Source of the DNA: Azolla caroliniana
Lineage: Eukaryota > Plantae > Polypodiophyta
Length of the DNA: 64,000 nt
Assembly: GCA_043228905.1 (NCBI GenBank)
Contig: JBHGNT010000005.1
Span: 11,222,001-11,286,000 of the forward strand
Direction: 5' to 3'
The notes beneath the pieces are model-generated. The model was not told the DNA's origin, did not search any database, and saw only the letters and a list, made by a program, of their open reading frames with translations. Shown in pieces: positions 32,907-45,400 of the stretch (positions are counted from its first letter, which is position 1; each line of letters opens with the position of its first letter). Position numbers and translations under genes: made by a program.

Positions 32907-35900
32907 CTCCTTGCCACCCGGTGTTCACGTCGGGTTCATCAACTGATGTCGTGCCCTTCGGCTCCGGATCGTTGCGTGAGTCGGGTGGGAACTGCCGAGG
33001 TTTTTGACTAGGAGGAAGAGGAATACAACTTAAGGCTAGTTATGAATAGTGGAAAGAGAAGTAAGATAGCAATCTCGTGACTCCCACGAGTTTAGTGTAA
33101 TTAAAACAATATTTAGATTATAAGAGCAATTAGATGGCAAAATTTGTGAATCCCACGAATATATTAGATTGATCAATCCCTGTATATTAATCAACAACCA
33201 TATACATATTTCTCTCCTCCTTATATAAAGATGGAAGAGGCTAAGCATGGCTTCATGCTTTTTCACCTAAAGTGTCCATGCACACTAAAAGTGCATGTGA
33301 TGCTTTGTCATTTCCTAAATATAGGGCTCATGCACGCTAGATGTGCATGAGTCACTTTTAATGTCACGTGTAAATAATATATTCACACTCTAAAGAATAC
33401 ATGATTTTTACCTTTTAATAAAGGTATGTGTAAATAAAGGTCTTATATGTATTAAATCTATATTTATAACATTAAAGATAAGTTATTACAATGGTAAAGT
33501 TAGGGTTTATCTATGTGGAGGTGCATGGTTCGAATCTTGCCCTATGCATGTGATAAATTCTTTTGATATTTTATTTATCTATTTATATGTATCTAAATCG
33601 GATATATTATTTTATGGTTTTCCACGTAGTGTGTGGAATACACTACGACAACGTGTTTAGTGTATTTAATCAATATTTAGATTATAAGAAAGAGAATTTT
33701 GATGATAAACTCGTGAATCCCACGAATATATTAGATTGATCAATCCTTGTAAAATAATCAACAACACCATATATCTTTCTCTCCTCCTTATATAAGGATG
33801 GAAGAGGCTAAGCATAGCTTCATGCTTTTTCTAAAGTGTTCATGCACACTAAATGTGCACGAGTAATTTTTTATTGGTGTACATTTTTCTTATAAATAAA
33901 GTATTCAAGCATTCTAAAAATGCATGAATTAGTTTTTAATAAAGGTAGGCGTAAATAAAGGTCTTATACATATTAAATCTATATTTAGAATACTTAGGAT
34001 AAGTTAGTACAATGGTAAGGTTGGGGTTTATCTACGTGGAGGTACAAGGTTCGAATCTTGCCCTATGCATGTAATAAATATTTTCTTTTACTTTACAAAT
34101 TTGTCTCTTCATCCGGTAAGAGACTCTCACCGGCATTCTTTATCCGGCTCTTGCCGATTCTGCTTGATCCGGTTCTTACCGAGTCTCCTTACCGAGTCCT
34201 CCTTGCCGGTTCTCCTTACCAGATCCTCCTTACCGGTCCTCTTCGTCCGTTTCTCACCGACTCTCATCGGCCTTCTTCATCCGGCTCTTGTCGGTCTGCT
34301 TCGTCCCATCCGGAGGGACCAAAAATGCAATTTTCTTATAGTGTGTGATTTACACTACGACAACCTAACCGTCGAGGAGGACGAAATGGTGCCTCAGAGG
34401 ATTAGCATCTAGATTTGGATCATTCCAAATGTTACCACGAGGGAGAATATGCCTTCATTTTTCGAGCTACACTTGATGTTGCTCGTAGAAGAGAACTACA
34501 CGGGTGCATCGATGAGCGCGCACGTCGACAACAAGATGTTGTATAGGGAGGTAGAGAGGCCCTGTGGTCGTGACAGCCGAGTAGAGTCGGCCCGCAATGG
34601 AGGCGGCTGACAAGAGTAGAACCAAAGTTACAGAGGAAGTGCTAATAGTAGTTTTGGACCCTCCACGAGCAGGGGGAGTCAAGGCAGTGCCGGAAGCCAA
34701 CAAGGAAAGGTTGGGATGGACTACTGGTACTGTGGCTGGAAGGGCCACAAAGAGAGTGAGTGTTGGAAGAAGTGCACTGATTCGGACAAAGCCGGATCAA
34801 GCTGAGGAGATGCAGATAGACGTCACTTATCACACTTTGCCGAAGGCTTAGGGTGAGCCAAAACGGGCCCCGCACTCATAATTAAGCATAAAGCAAATAA
34901 GATGGGAGTAAGTACCACGAAACCGGAAGAGGTATGGTACGTTGATTCCGGAGCATCAAATCATATGACGAACCATGTCGAATGGTTCTCGAGCTTGGAA
35001 AAACCGGAACAACTAGGAGTTGTCGAGACTCGCGACAACACCATGCACCCCATCAAACACGTGGGTGATGTATTGATTAGGCATGTTGGACAAAAGGGAG
35101 TGATGTGGGATGTGTTGCATGTCTTGACAATTGCAGAGAACTTGGTGTCTGTCGAACAGATTGTCGACCAGGGCATGTAGGTTCGATTCAATCACCACGA
35201 CTGCTTCATCGAGGACGAGGGCCTCCTGTTAGCATGAGGGCATAGAGATGGGAGGATGTTTATCCTCGAAACAAACGATGTTGGCACCGCAATGTTCACC
35301 AAAGGGCAAAGGGTTGAATCCGACATCGACTTGCGGTAGAAGCAAATAGGCCACATCAATTATTAGAAGCTTCAAGAACTTGAGTCAAAGCATGTGGTTT
35401 CCGGACTGCCGAAATTCAATGCTCGGAGGGCCGAGATATGTGAAGCTTGTCCACTTGGGAAGCAACATAGGCTTCCATTCCCCAATGAGAAGAATTGGAG
35501 CCGGAATCGGCTCGATCTTATTCACACGGGATGTATAGGCACTTGCAAGCTATGTGATCATGGGCGGGAGACGATACTTCGTCTCCTTCATCGACGACTT
35601 TAGTTGGCACACTTTGGTCTACCTAATTGAAAAGAAGAGCAAAGTCTTCTTATATTTTCGAGACTTGAAGAACCTAGTCGAATGGGAAATTGAAAGAAAG
35701 ATAAAGTGTCTAAGGTCGGATGGCGGAAAAGAATACTTTTCCGGCCAGTTCATGACCTATCTGCACCAAAAGGGAATCCGGAGGGAGTTCTCATGCAGAT
35801 ACACACCAGAGCCAAACGGCGTGGCCGAGATACGGAATCAGACAATGGTAGAAGAGGCCAATGCAATGCTGGAGGAGAAGAGCATGCCCAGGATCTATTG

Positions 35901-36889
35901 GGCCGAAGCTATCCGAATGGTCGTCTATATTTAGAATCAGATTTTTGCATTTGGAGCAAAGATGTCGCTGCATGAGTTGTATTTCGGGCGCAAGCCGAAT
36001 TTGGGACATCTCAGGGTATTCGGTAGCATTGCGTATGTGCATATACCAGACGAGAGGCGAAGGAAGTTGGATGTCAAGTCAGAGAAATGTATTTTGGTCG
36101 GCTACTCTCACGAGCAAAAGGGGTACAAGTGCTATAACCCTTGGACGAAGCAAGTGAGCTTGAGTCGTGATGTTGTTTTTGACGAATCGACATCTTGGTA
36201 CTCCCTTCAGTCCCCGACCCCCGAAGATTCCGAGCCGATTGTTGGAGGTGAGATTAGTGAAGCCAACTCTCTGAACGAGATAGACAACTGAACTCTAGAA
36301 GAGAGTCTGATCTCACTCCGGCTAAGTGGGCTGAATGAGAGGTTGAGATGGAACGACTAGTCGGATGATGAGCCGGCGAGTAGTGGAGACTCGGTTGTGC
36401 AGTCCTTGTGCCAAAAGCCAAGGAGACAGTTTACGTGCAAAGAGAAGGGGAAGATGCAGGCACTAGAGTACGACACAGAGGCCGGTGCATCGGATCAGAG
36501 AAAATCCGACATGTCCAGGAGCATCGAACAACCTCTAGAGTTGAGGTGTAATATGGCGAAAAGGGCCATGAAATCGGCGAACGAGAAGTTGCGCCGATCC
36601 ACCTGGTAGAAGAACCCTATCATCCGGTACAAGTACGACGACTATATGGCGCATCATTATGCATATATGGCAAAGGTGGCGGAAGTGTGTGATCCAGAGA
36701 GGTACGCAGAGGTGGAGAAGGACGCAAATTGGCATGCCGCCATGGAGAAAGAGATGCACGCATTGTCGGAAAACGAGACTTGGAACCTAGTTGACACCCC
36801 CAAGGGTGTGAACCCGGGGGGCTTCACTGTCAAAGCTTGTATGATAGCACCTGAGTTCATAAAAAAGGGTTTAAATTAATCAGTGAGAT

Positions 36890-38259
36890 ACAGAAAATAT
36901 ATATATATATATGTATATATATGTATATATATGTATATATAAGGGTATTAATACAAATTTGAAAATAAATTTACATAAAGGGTATTATCAGTTATGCTGG
37001 AATTTTTTTTTGCATAAGCCCTTGAAATATTAGATATTTCAATGAGATAGTAAAGAATATATTATACAAACAATACTCAATTTTGGAGTAACATATATAC
37101 ATACATACATATATACATATACATGCATGCATGCATATATACCTACATTCAAACATTACATGAATATGTATATACAATGTACATTACACCCATTTATACA
37201 TGCATACTGATTAAACATAAATATATGTACAAATATATATTACCATATGTAAATATGAACATACACTTACATACATGCATTACATACTACATACATATTA
37301 GAATCGGCCAGATATATTGACATACATAAAAATTACATATTACATATATACATACACATTCTTACAAACATATTTTATATATTACATATTACACACATAT
37401 ATTATTATACACATAATTATATACAAATGCAAATATACAAACCAAACACAAAAAAATAAATTACATATTATATATATACACATACATACACATATACACA
37501 CATTCCATCCATACAATACAATACAATATGTACATACATACATACACACATGAACATAACACACATCATACATGTATATATACCTACATTCATATATCAC
37601 ACATCACACATGCATATATACCTACATTCAAACATTACATCCATGAATATGTATATACATACATTACACCCATTTATACATGCATTTTGACTAAACATAA
37701 ATATATGTACACATATATATTACCATATGTAAATATGTATATACACATACATACATGCATTATATACTACATACATATTAGAATCAACCATATATATTGA
37801 CATACATATATACATAATCCTTCCTAACTAATGGGAAAGTAGCTTCATTTAGAAATAATAAATAAATAAATAAAATACATTCAATAAAATTACATATTAC
37901 ATATATACATACAAAAATGCATATATACATATAAAACACAAAAAAATAAATTACATATTATATATATGCACATACACATGCATATTAATACCTAAGATTA
38001 CATATTATATGTATACAAATCTTCATACTTACAAACAAGTTACATATATTACACGTGCACACACACATAAATAAATTAGATATTACATAGCATATAATCC
38101 ATACCTATTACACAATATACAAATTTACACATACATAAATTACATACATACATATATTGATACATACATAGATATATTACATATGTAAATACATATTCCA
38201 CATATCACCATATGTATAGATTATAGTGGACCATACAAACCACAATACTTACATATATG

Positions 38260-38298
<39 letters not shown>

Positions 38299-39180
38299 GG
38301 TATATGTAAACTTACACATACATTGGATATATACATGCATATTACAAACATACATCCATATACGAGCCATATACATACTAAACATGAAAATATCCCAAAA
38401 ATATACATACATAAATACATTACATATAGCCCTACCCCTTACCCATTTTTTCCTACTCTCACTCATACCCCTCTCCCACATATCTTTTATTTTTTCTTTA
38501 GAATGTTTTCACTTATCACTTTTATAATTTAACTTAAACATTCATACCCATCACATATATATTATACATACACATACATACATATTACAAACAAACATCC
38601 ACACACACATATATGTATACACATACAAATATACATACATTACATATTACATATATACACATATGTACATTCATATATTCATTCATTCATGTTTATTCAT
38701 GCAAGCATACATATTTTATCCATACATTACGTGCACATACATACATAACATACATACATACATTCATACTAAACATAAGATTCAAACATACAAGTTTTTA
38801 TAAATTTGATTTTGCTGCCTCCTTTGCTCTACCTCCTCTTCTCTCCTCATTGCCGTTGTCGCTTCTTCTCCCCTTGTTGCCTTTGTCCTCGTTTTACCGC
38901 CTCTATTCTCGTTTTCCCACCTCTATTCTTGTTTTGCTGCCGCCGCTTGCCTTGTTGTGCCGCATTTGCTCACCATTATTCTCTGTTGGGGCTGCCACAA
39001 CTACTCTACAAATATTTTACAGGTACACATAAGTACAAACATCATACATACATAATGCACACATACATAAACCAACACATAAATTCTTAGACATACACAC
39101 ACTCACATAACATATAAAATCATACACACATGCCATACATACAATATATACAATAAACGAAATTAATACAATACAATCAT
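36890..39180. repeat. AT/AC-rich low-complexity region with internal duplication and (CA)n
   Basis: TACA/CATA/TATA runs; ~37130-37328 repeated at ~37610-37808; (CA)n at ~38263-38296. Confidence 0.85.
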
Positions 39181-39430
39181 AGAATGAACCATACTTATCA
39201 TACGTGCATTCACATTCGAGAATGATTCAATCAAACGTGTATGGTAAATCATCTCAAACTTGGATTGGATTGACTATGGTCAATATTATATATTGATTCA
39301 CTTTCAATCCCAATAAGTGGACTCTAATCCATTGTGAACCACCAACATAAGTATGGTTGCAATATTTGCATTGTATCACATGCATACTTTGGGGATGCTT
39401 CTTAAGAATCAAGATATCTCTATCCTCCTC

Positions 39431-42400
39431 TGTTAATCCTTAGGGCCGGACAATGGCCTAACACAGGCTGTCTCTGGAAGACACTTCACCAAAGGGGTGT
39501 TATGGCGAGATAACTTAAGACACAACGATTAATCCGACTTAATTGGCTACTTAGCAATAAGGCATTCACTTAATACACACGTAAGATATAACAATTAATA
39601 CAGAACGGTAATCAATACGTGAAGATAAAACAAGAAGCTTATATTAATTCTCCGTTAAAGTTTTACATTGTAACCGGGCCTTTATATAGGTTACCGGTGC
39701 TTCATACAAAATGGTGCCAACCGGCACCGGTTCGGAACCAGTTCGTCCGTTCAATACTTAATTAAAATAGATTCCGAATAACAATCCCTTTCACATTTTG
39801 GTCTTTAACTCCTTTGCCGGCCGGGTAACACATGGCACGCCCGTGGGATAGTACGTTGTACGTCGAATCCCACTATCCGGCCCTTAGCCTTTGTCCAAGA
39901 TATCCAGAATACTTTGCTCCAGGGTATCCAATGGTTGTTCGGAACTCTGTTGTTGCTGTTGTTGTTGTGGCTGTTGTTGTAGTTGTTGTTGCTGTGGTTG
40001 TGGCTGCTGTTGTGGCTCCAGCTCCTCCGACTGTTGCTCCTTAGATGGCGTCTGTTTGGCTCCCCGTACTGGCGGTTGTGGCGGTGATTCCTCCGTTAGT
40101 TGCTCCACCGGATTTGACTCTGGTTGACTCGCCCTGGCCTTGTCTCCGTTCGGTCCTTGCTCCGGTGATGGCTCCTCATCGCTGAGGTTGACGGTCGCCT
40201 CCTGCTTTGCTTCTTCTTTCCGTAGCCTGGTCCGCTCATAGCTCTCAAACTGGATTTGAGCATCCAGCCGATCATCGTCTAGCTGCGCCACCAGTTGCCG
40301 GACCACTGCTGACTGTTCCTTCGCCAGAGTTACAAAATCTTCGGCTAGCTCATCTCTTACGGCGGTAAAGTCCTCCTTTGTTAGCATGTAGCAGTCGTCG
40401 CCATCCTTCTGCTAGTTTTCCGTGTCCTCCCTTAGCAATTGGAGCTCGGCTGTGTGCTTTGCCCATTTGTCCCACCATTGCGAGGAGGTCTCATTAATCA
40501 AGCGTTTGGTCTTGTTTCTCCATGCCTGGACAATGAACTGGATCCACTCCAATCCCATCTTCGATTTGTCCTCCGCGGCTTGTCGTTCGTCCTTCAATTG
40601 CTTGATTAGTGCCACCATATCCACCTCCTGCTCCCGGTAATGTGACAATTGGGTTTGATAGGTGTTCTGCAGCCTTTGCAATACCATTGTCGCTCTTTCC
40701 TTCTCTTCATAATGCTGCTTATGGAGCTCCATACGTTCTTGCGCGGCTTCCTCCAGCATGTGGTTCTTTCCGGCCGTTCCTCCAATAGCGCCGTCTCAAC
40801 TCGATGCACCTCCTATCGGAGCTCTGCTATCTTCTCCTATTGTTTCTTATGTTCCGTATCCAGAGGCTTGTAGTCCTGGTGCAAGTGCTCAAAATCATCG
40901 GTCTTCTGCTTCAGCTTTTGGTTGAGTTGCCGGCGAGCGCGGTCTTCCCGATCCTTCTGTTGACGGAGTTATTCTTTCAGTCTTTCGATCTCTGTTTCCG
41001 CCATCCGTCGCAGCTTCTCCTTTTCTTGCAGCACCTTCTCTTTCTCCTCCTTTAGCCGGTCATAGGCCTGATCTCCTTTCTGCACATTCTCTTTTGCTTG
41101 GCGGAGGTTCTTAGCAGTCTTTTGTTGCTCTTCTTTTGCCGCTTTCTTCAAAGCCCGCTCTCGGGTGCGTAATGCTTCCTGTGCGGCCAATTCATCTCTC
41201 AATTCAGCAAGCTCTTTTGCTTGCGCCGCCATTATATCCGGGATTGGTTCCATCTCCCGGCTCTTATTGCTATGTACAAGTGCCAGTGTTTCTTTTTTCT
41301 GTACATCTACCAGAGTCACCAGTGCTTGGATCGGTGGTCCGGTTAAGGCCATTTTGGCCAATTCATCTGTGGCCAGGTCCAAGTCTTATTCTAAGCTCCG
41401 GATCCTTGACCGGGCCGTCTCTAGTTCTCCGGTTGTGACGAGCAACCGGTCCACCTGCGCGTTCTCTTCCGCCTCTATGTAGTGTACCACTCCGGCAATC
41501 TGTTCTCCAATCCACCGGAGCCATTGGCTGCCGGTGCCCTATTGTTGCGTCTGCCCGGAGGGTTGGCTGTTGGTGTCGCTGGCCAGTGGTCGGTTTTGTC
41601 GGGCTGCGTCGAGCTGCAACTCTGCCTCTTGTTGGTGACCACTTTGCCGTTCTGGTTGTGGCTCCGTTGGCCGCCCCGCCTCTGAATGCTCTTGGCCTAC
41701 CGGTGGGGTAGGCAACTGTACTTCTGGCGCTTGCATTTCGGGTCTTGCCGTATCCTGACCCGTCGGTAGAGGTTGTTGTGCAGGGAGCTCTGTGACCGGT
41801 TCTGTCCGAACCGGTTCCGGTTCCATCCTTGGTGCGGGTTGCTCAGTGCGGAGTACATGCGTTCCATCCTTCTTTGGGTCCGAACGCTCCCCGGCCTGTT
41901 CGGAGGTGCTTGCCTTCTGGCGCCGCTGGAGGTGCTCTAACGGTACCTCCTCCGATTCCTCCTCCTGAGTCCCGATGTTGATTTTCGTTGCCAAGGGGTC
42001 CGACGCTTGTTGAGCCTCTCGGTGAAGCCTGATCTTGATTGGCCGTGCCCGTGGCTCCTCCTGCGTTTCCGCCTGCCACTTCCTATTGGCGCACTCCTTT
42101 CCCGCCTGGTCCGTGTCGGCTGCCTTCCCTTTGGTTGCCTTAGAAGCCAACAGTTGCAACTGCCGTTTCGAGGCCGTTTTTGGGGTGCCTTCGGTTGTTC
42201 TTCCCCGCTTCGTGATCTTGACGGGCTCGATAGGTGGCGCCAATAGGGTGAGCCATTGCGCCATTGCCGTCCATATCTTCCGACCCTCCTTGCCTCTGAC
42301 AGAGTCGATGGCCGCACAGAGGCCATCCACAATCAGTACCGGCCAGTCCACCTTCTCACCTTCATATGTTGCTATGATTAAGCCGGCCCGGTTCTGAGGC

Positions 42401-45400
42401 ATGCACGGGGGTCGAGGGTATACATGTCCAAATTCATGGAGCACTAGGGCAATCTCTCGAAAGAGTGGATCTTCGCCGCCTTGTGTCCGGTAGACCTTGC
42501 TAGCCAGAGAGTACTCCCCAAAATATTTTTGGAGCTGCTATGGGGTAGGGTTTTCGATAGTGAAGATGCCCCCTTCTGGAAGGCCAATCAACGCATGGAT
42601 GGCCTCCTCAGTGATCACCTCCGTGTCGATTTCCTTGAATATCTTCTCCGCCTCCCGGTGCGGTCGCACCTCCATGATTGTGAGGAAACCTTCTAACCCG
42701 TGTTGCCTTAGCCACTTCTTGGCTGCTTCAGAGAGTGCTTGGCAGTCCATGGCTTCTTCGAGGTCGGTGAGCGCTGGTGAGGGGTGTGTTTGAGGAGGCT
42801 CTGTGTGCATGGGCTTGCGTCTGCTGATCTTCAATCGCCTGTCTGCGTTTGTGCTCCTCTGTTCACGAAATGTGAAGGTTTCTATGTGGTGGGGGTTTTC
42901 TTGTTGCATGTTGGCGCCTGTTTTTTTTCTTACCCGCGCGTGTGCACGTCATGTACTAAAATAGAATGTCGTGCCATGTGGCCGGTTCTGTGTCGGCCTT
43001 TACTTGTTCAAATGGGTTTCTTGGCATGGGTCCATTGTATGGTTTTAGTCGGAACCCATTGACCCATTTACCCAGAACCTCGCTGGCGAGTGTCCCTGAT
43101 TGGCAGGAACTGTTGAACTCACGCATAATCCAGTATGGTCCGGTCCACCGAAACCGTAGCTTTCCCTGCATCTTACCCATCCGGGTCTGGACTACTAGTA
43201 GCGGTTTACCGATTCCGAACATCTTTTTGTTCCCTTTCCGGTGACGATCCACGAGCGCCTTCCTCCGCCGCTGCTCTAGATCTAGGTGCATGATGCTAGC
43301 TAGCCGGTGTTCTTCCAATTCGCACAACGCGGCTAACCGGATAGCTTCCGATTCCTTCTCATTTAGGCGTTCTCGAATCTGTATTCGTAAACTCGGTACC
43401 TATAACTCTACCGACATCACTGCTTCCAATCCGAATGCTAGGCGAAACGGTGTTGTGCGGATACTTGTCTTATATGTCATTCGGTAGGCCCAGAGTGCAC
43501 TATGCAACTTTGTATCCCAATCCGTCCGGTTCTCATTGATGATTTTTCGCAGGATGTTCTGTAGTGTTTTATTTATTGACTCTGCTAATCCGTTGGCTTG
43601 CGGATAATAGGGAGTGCTCTATTTGTGCACCACCGCATAAAATGTCGTCAAGCTTTCCACTACTTGCCCTAAGAAGTGCCCACCTTGGTCACTTATGAGC
43701 TCTATCGGACATCCATACCAGCACCAGATGCATTCATATAAAATTTTTGCCGTGGATGCTGCTGTGTTGTTGCGTAGTGCTTTGGCTTCCACCCATTTTG
43801 TGCAGTAATCCGTAGCGACGATCACGTACCAGTTGGCGGTTCTCATTGCCGGTGGTTTGAATGGACCGACAAAATCTAGACCCCATTTCTGAAATTGTTC
43901 TGACGGTAGCACGGGATGGTGAGGCATTCTGGCTTGTTCGGTTGGTTGGCCCATTCGTTGACATAGGTCGCATTCTTTAGCATACCGGACTGCATCCTTC
44001 AATGTTGTTGGACACCATAGTCCACTCTGCCATATTTTCCTTGTCGTAACGTCTCCTACATAATGTCCTCCAGCCACGCCACAATGTGCTTCGGGCAATA
44101 TTATTTTCTTTTCATCGTTGCGCATTGCACGCCGCCATATGCCATCTGTGCCTTTGTGGTACAGTGTGTCCTGTAATAGACAGAAGTGCCAGCTTTGAAC
44201 CGCTAAGCGTTTCCTTTCGTCTCTGTTCTTCTCCTCCGGAGGTAAGCCGGTGCTCAGAAATTGGTGCATGTTGGTGAGCCACTTGTCTTCCTCTGCGACC
44301 GTACTATCTGTTGTTGTTTCTGCTGTGACTCTAAATAGCTCTGCATCTAGAAAGTCGTCTAGGATGCTGTCACCAGTTTCGCCAGAATCTAGCCGGTTTA
44401 AATAGTCTGCTACCGCATGTTGTATGCCGGGTCGGTGGAATATCTCGAACTCGAATTCTTGTAATAGTAACGTCCACCGGGCCAGCTTACCGATGAGTGA
44501 TGCTTTGGACACCAAGTAGAGGAGTGCCGAATGATCTACGTGAAAGGAAAATTTCCTTCCCAATAGATAGTGTCTAAACTTGGTGACACTATAGATCATA
44601 CCCAAGGCCTCCCTTTCCATTGTGGAATAATTATGTTCCGCTTGGGATAGCTTGCGGCTGGCATAATACACTGGGCGGTACCATTTCGGTTCTGTAAGTT
44701 GCATCAGCGCGCTCCCGATTGCGATGTCGGACGCGTCAACGAACACATGGAACTCTTTAGACCAATCCGGAGGTTGCACCACCGACACTTGTGACAACAA
44801 TACTTTTAGTGCCCGGTAAGCCTGGTCTTCTGTGTCCGTCCATCGGAACGGTGTCCGATGTACCGCGGCATGCAGTGGTGTAGCCAGGTCTGCCAGATAC
44901 CAAAGCATTCGGCTATGCCACCGAATTTGTCCTTAGAACCGGCACATTAGAACCGGCTTAGTGCCTTTGCCGTGGTTGGTGCCGGAGCCTCCAGGATTGC
45001 TTTTACTTTGTCCGAATCCATTGCAATACCATCCTTGCTCACTATGTGGCCCAGTAACGCTCCGCTGGGTACTCCGAACACGCATTTTGTCGGGTTCAGG
45101 TTTAGTTGGTAAACCCTACATTTCTCCAGACATAGTCGGAGGTGCTGAAGGTGATCCCCTTCTTGGCTATAAACAACAAAGTCGTCCAAGAACACCTGCA
45201 TGAATGCCGGAATGAATTCTCCGAAAATCTCCATGATGATCCGCTGGAAGGTTGCCGGCGCCGTTTTCAGTCCGAACATCATCACTACGGCAACAAAGAC
45301 TCCCCATTCGGTGACAAAAGTGGTTTTCTCCAGGTCGGCGGGGTGCATCCGGATCTGATTATAGCCGCTGAAACCGTCCAGAAAATTGTACACCTCATGA

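Larger units (their letters stand above)
23438..33650 (-). mobile_element. Element B: non-chromoviral Ty3/Gypsy, tRNA-Trp primed, inactivated
   Basis: 704-bp LTRs 23438-24141 and 32947-33650 (about a dozen differences by eye); 4-bp flanks ACAT/ACGT; PPT 24142-24153; PBS 32924-32941. Confidence 0.93.
23294..34362 (-). mobile_element. Element A: solo LTR (23294-23437 plus 33655-34362) of the B/C family, split by B
   Basis: TGTCGTGCC start and CTACGACA end; flanks ACGT/ACCT; removing it with a 4-bp TSD restores the Copia frame (SINLTVEEDEM). Confidence 0.85.
22227..36820 (+). mobile_element. Decayed Ty1/Copia H (5' LTR 22227-22774, iMet PBS, gag-PR-INT-start of RT), host of the A/B/C nest
   Basis: PBS TGGTATCAGAGC at 22775-22786; gag 'MGSSLSTEKLDRSNYASW' at 22885; frame resumes at ~34363; WYVDSGASNHMT, FIDD, RSDGGKEY, GYKCY; truncated near WNLVDTPKGVNP; no 3' LTR seen. 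Confidence 0.85.

Noticed and set aside
36992-39090. Y/I/H/T-rich ORFs
   Set aside because: Translations of TACA/CATA low-complexity DNA
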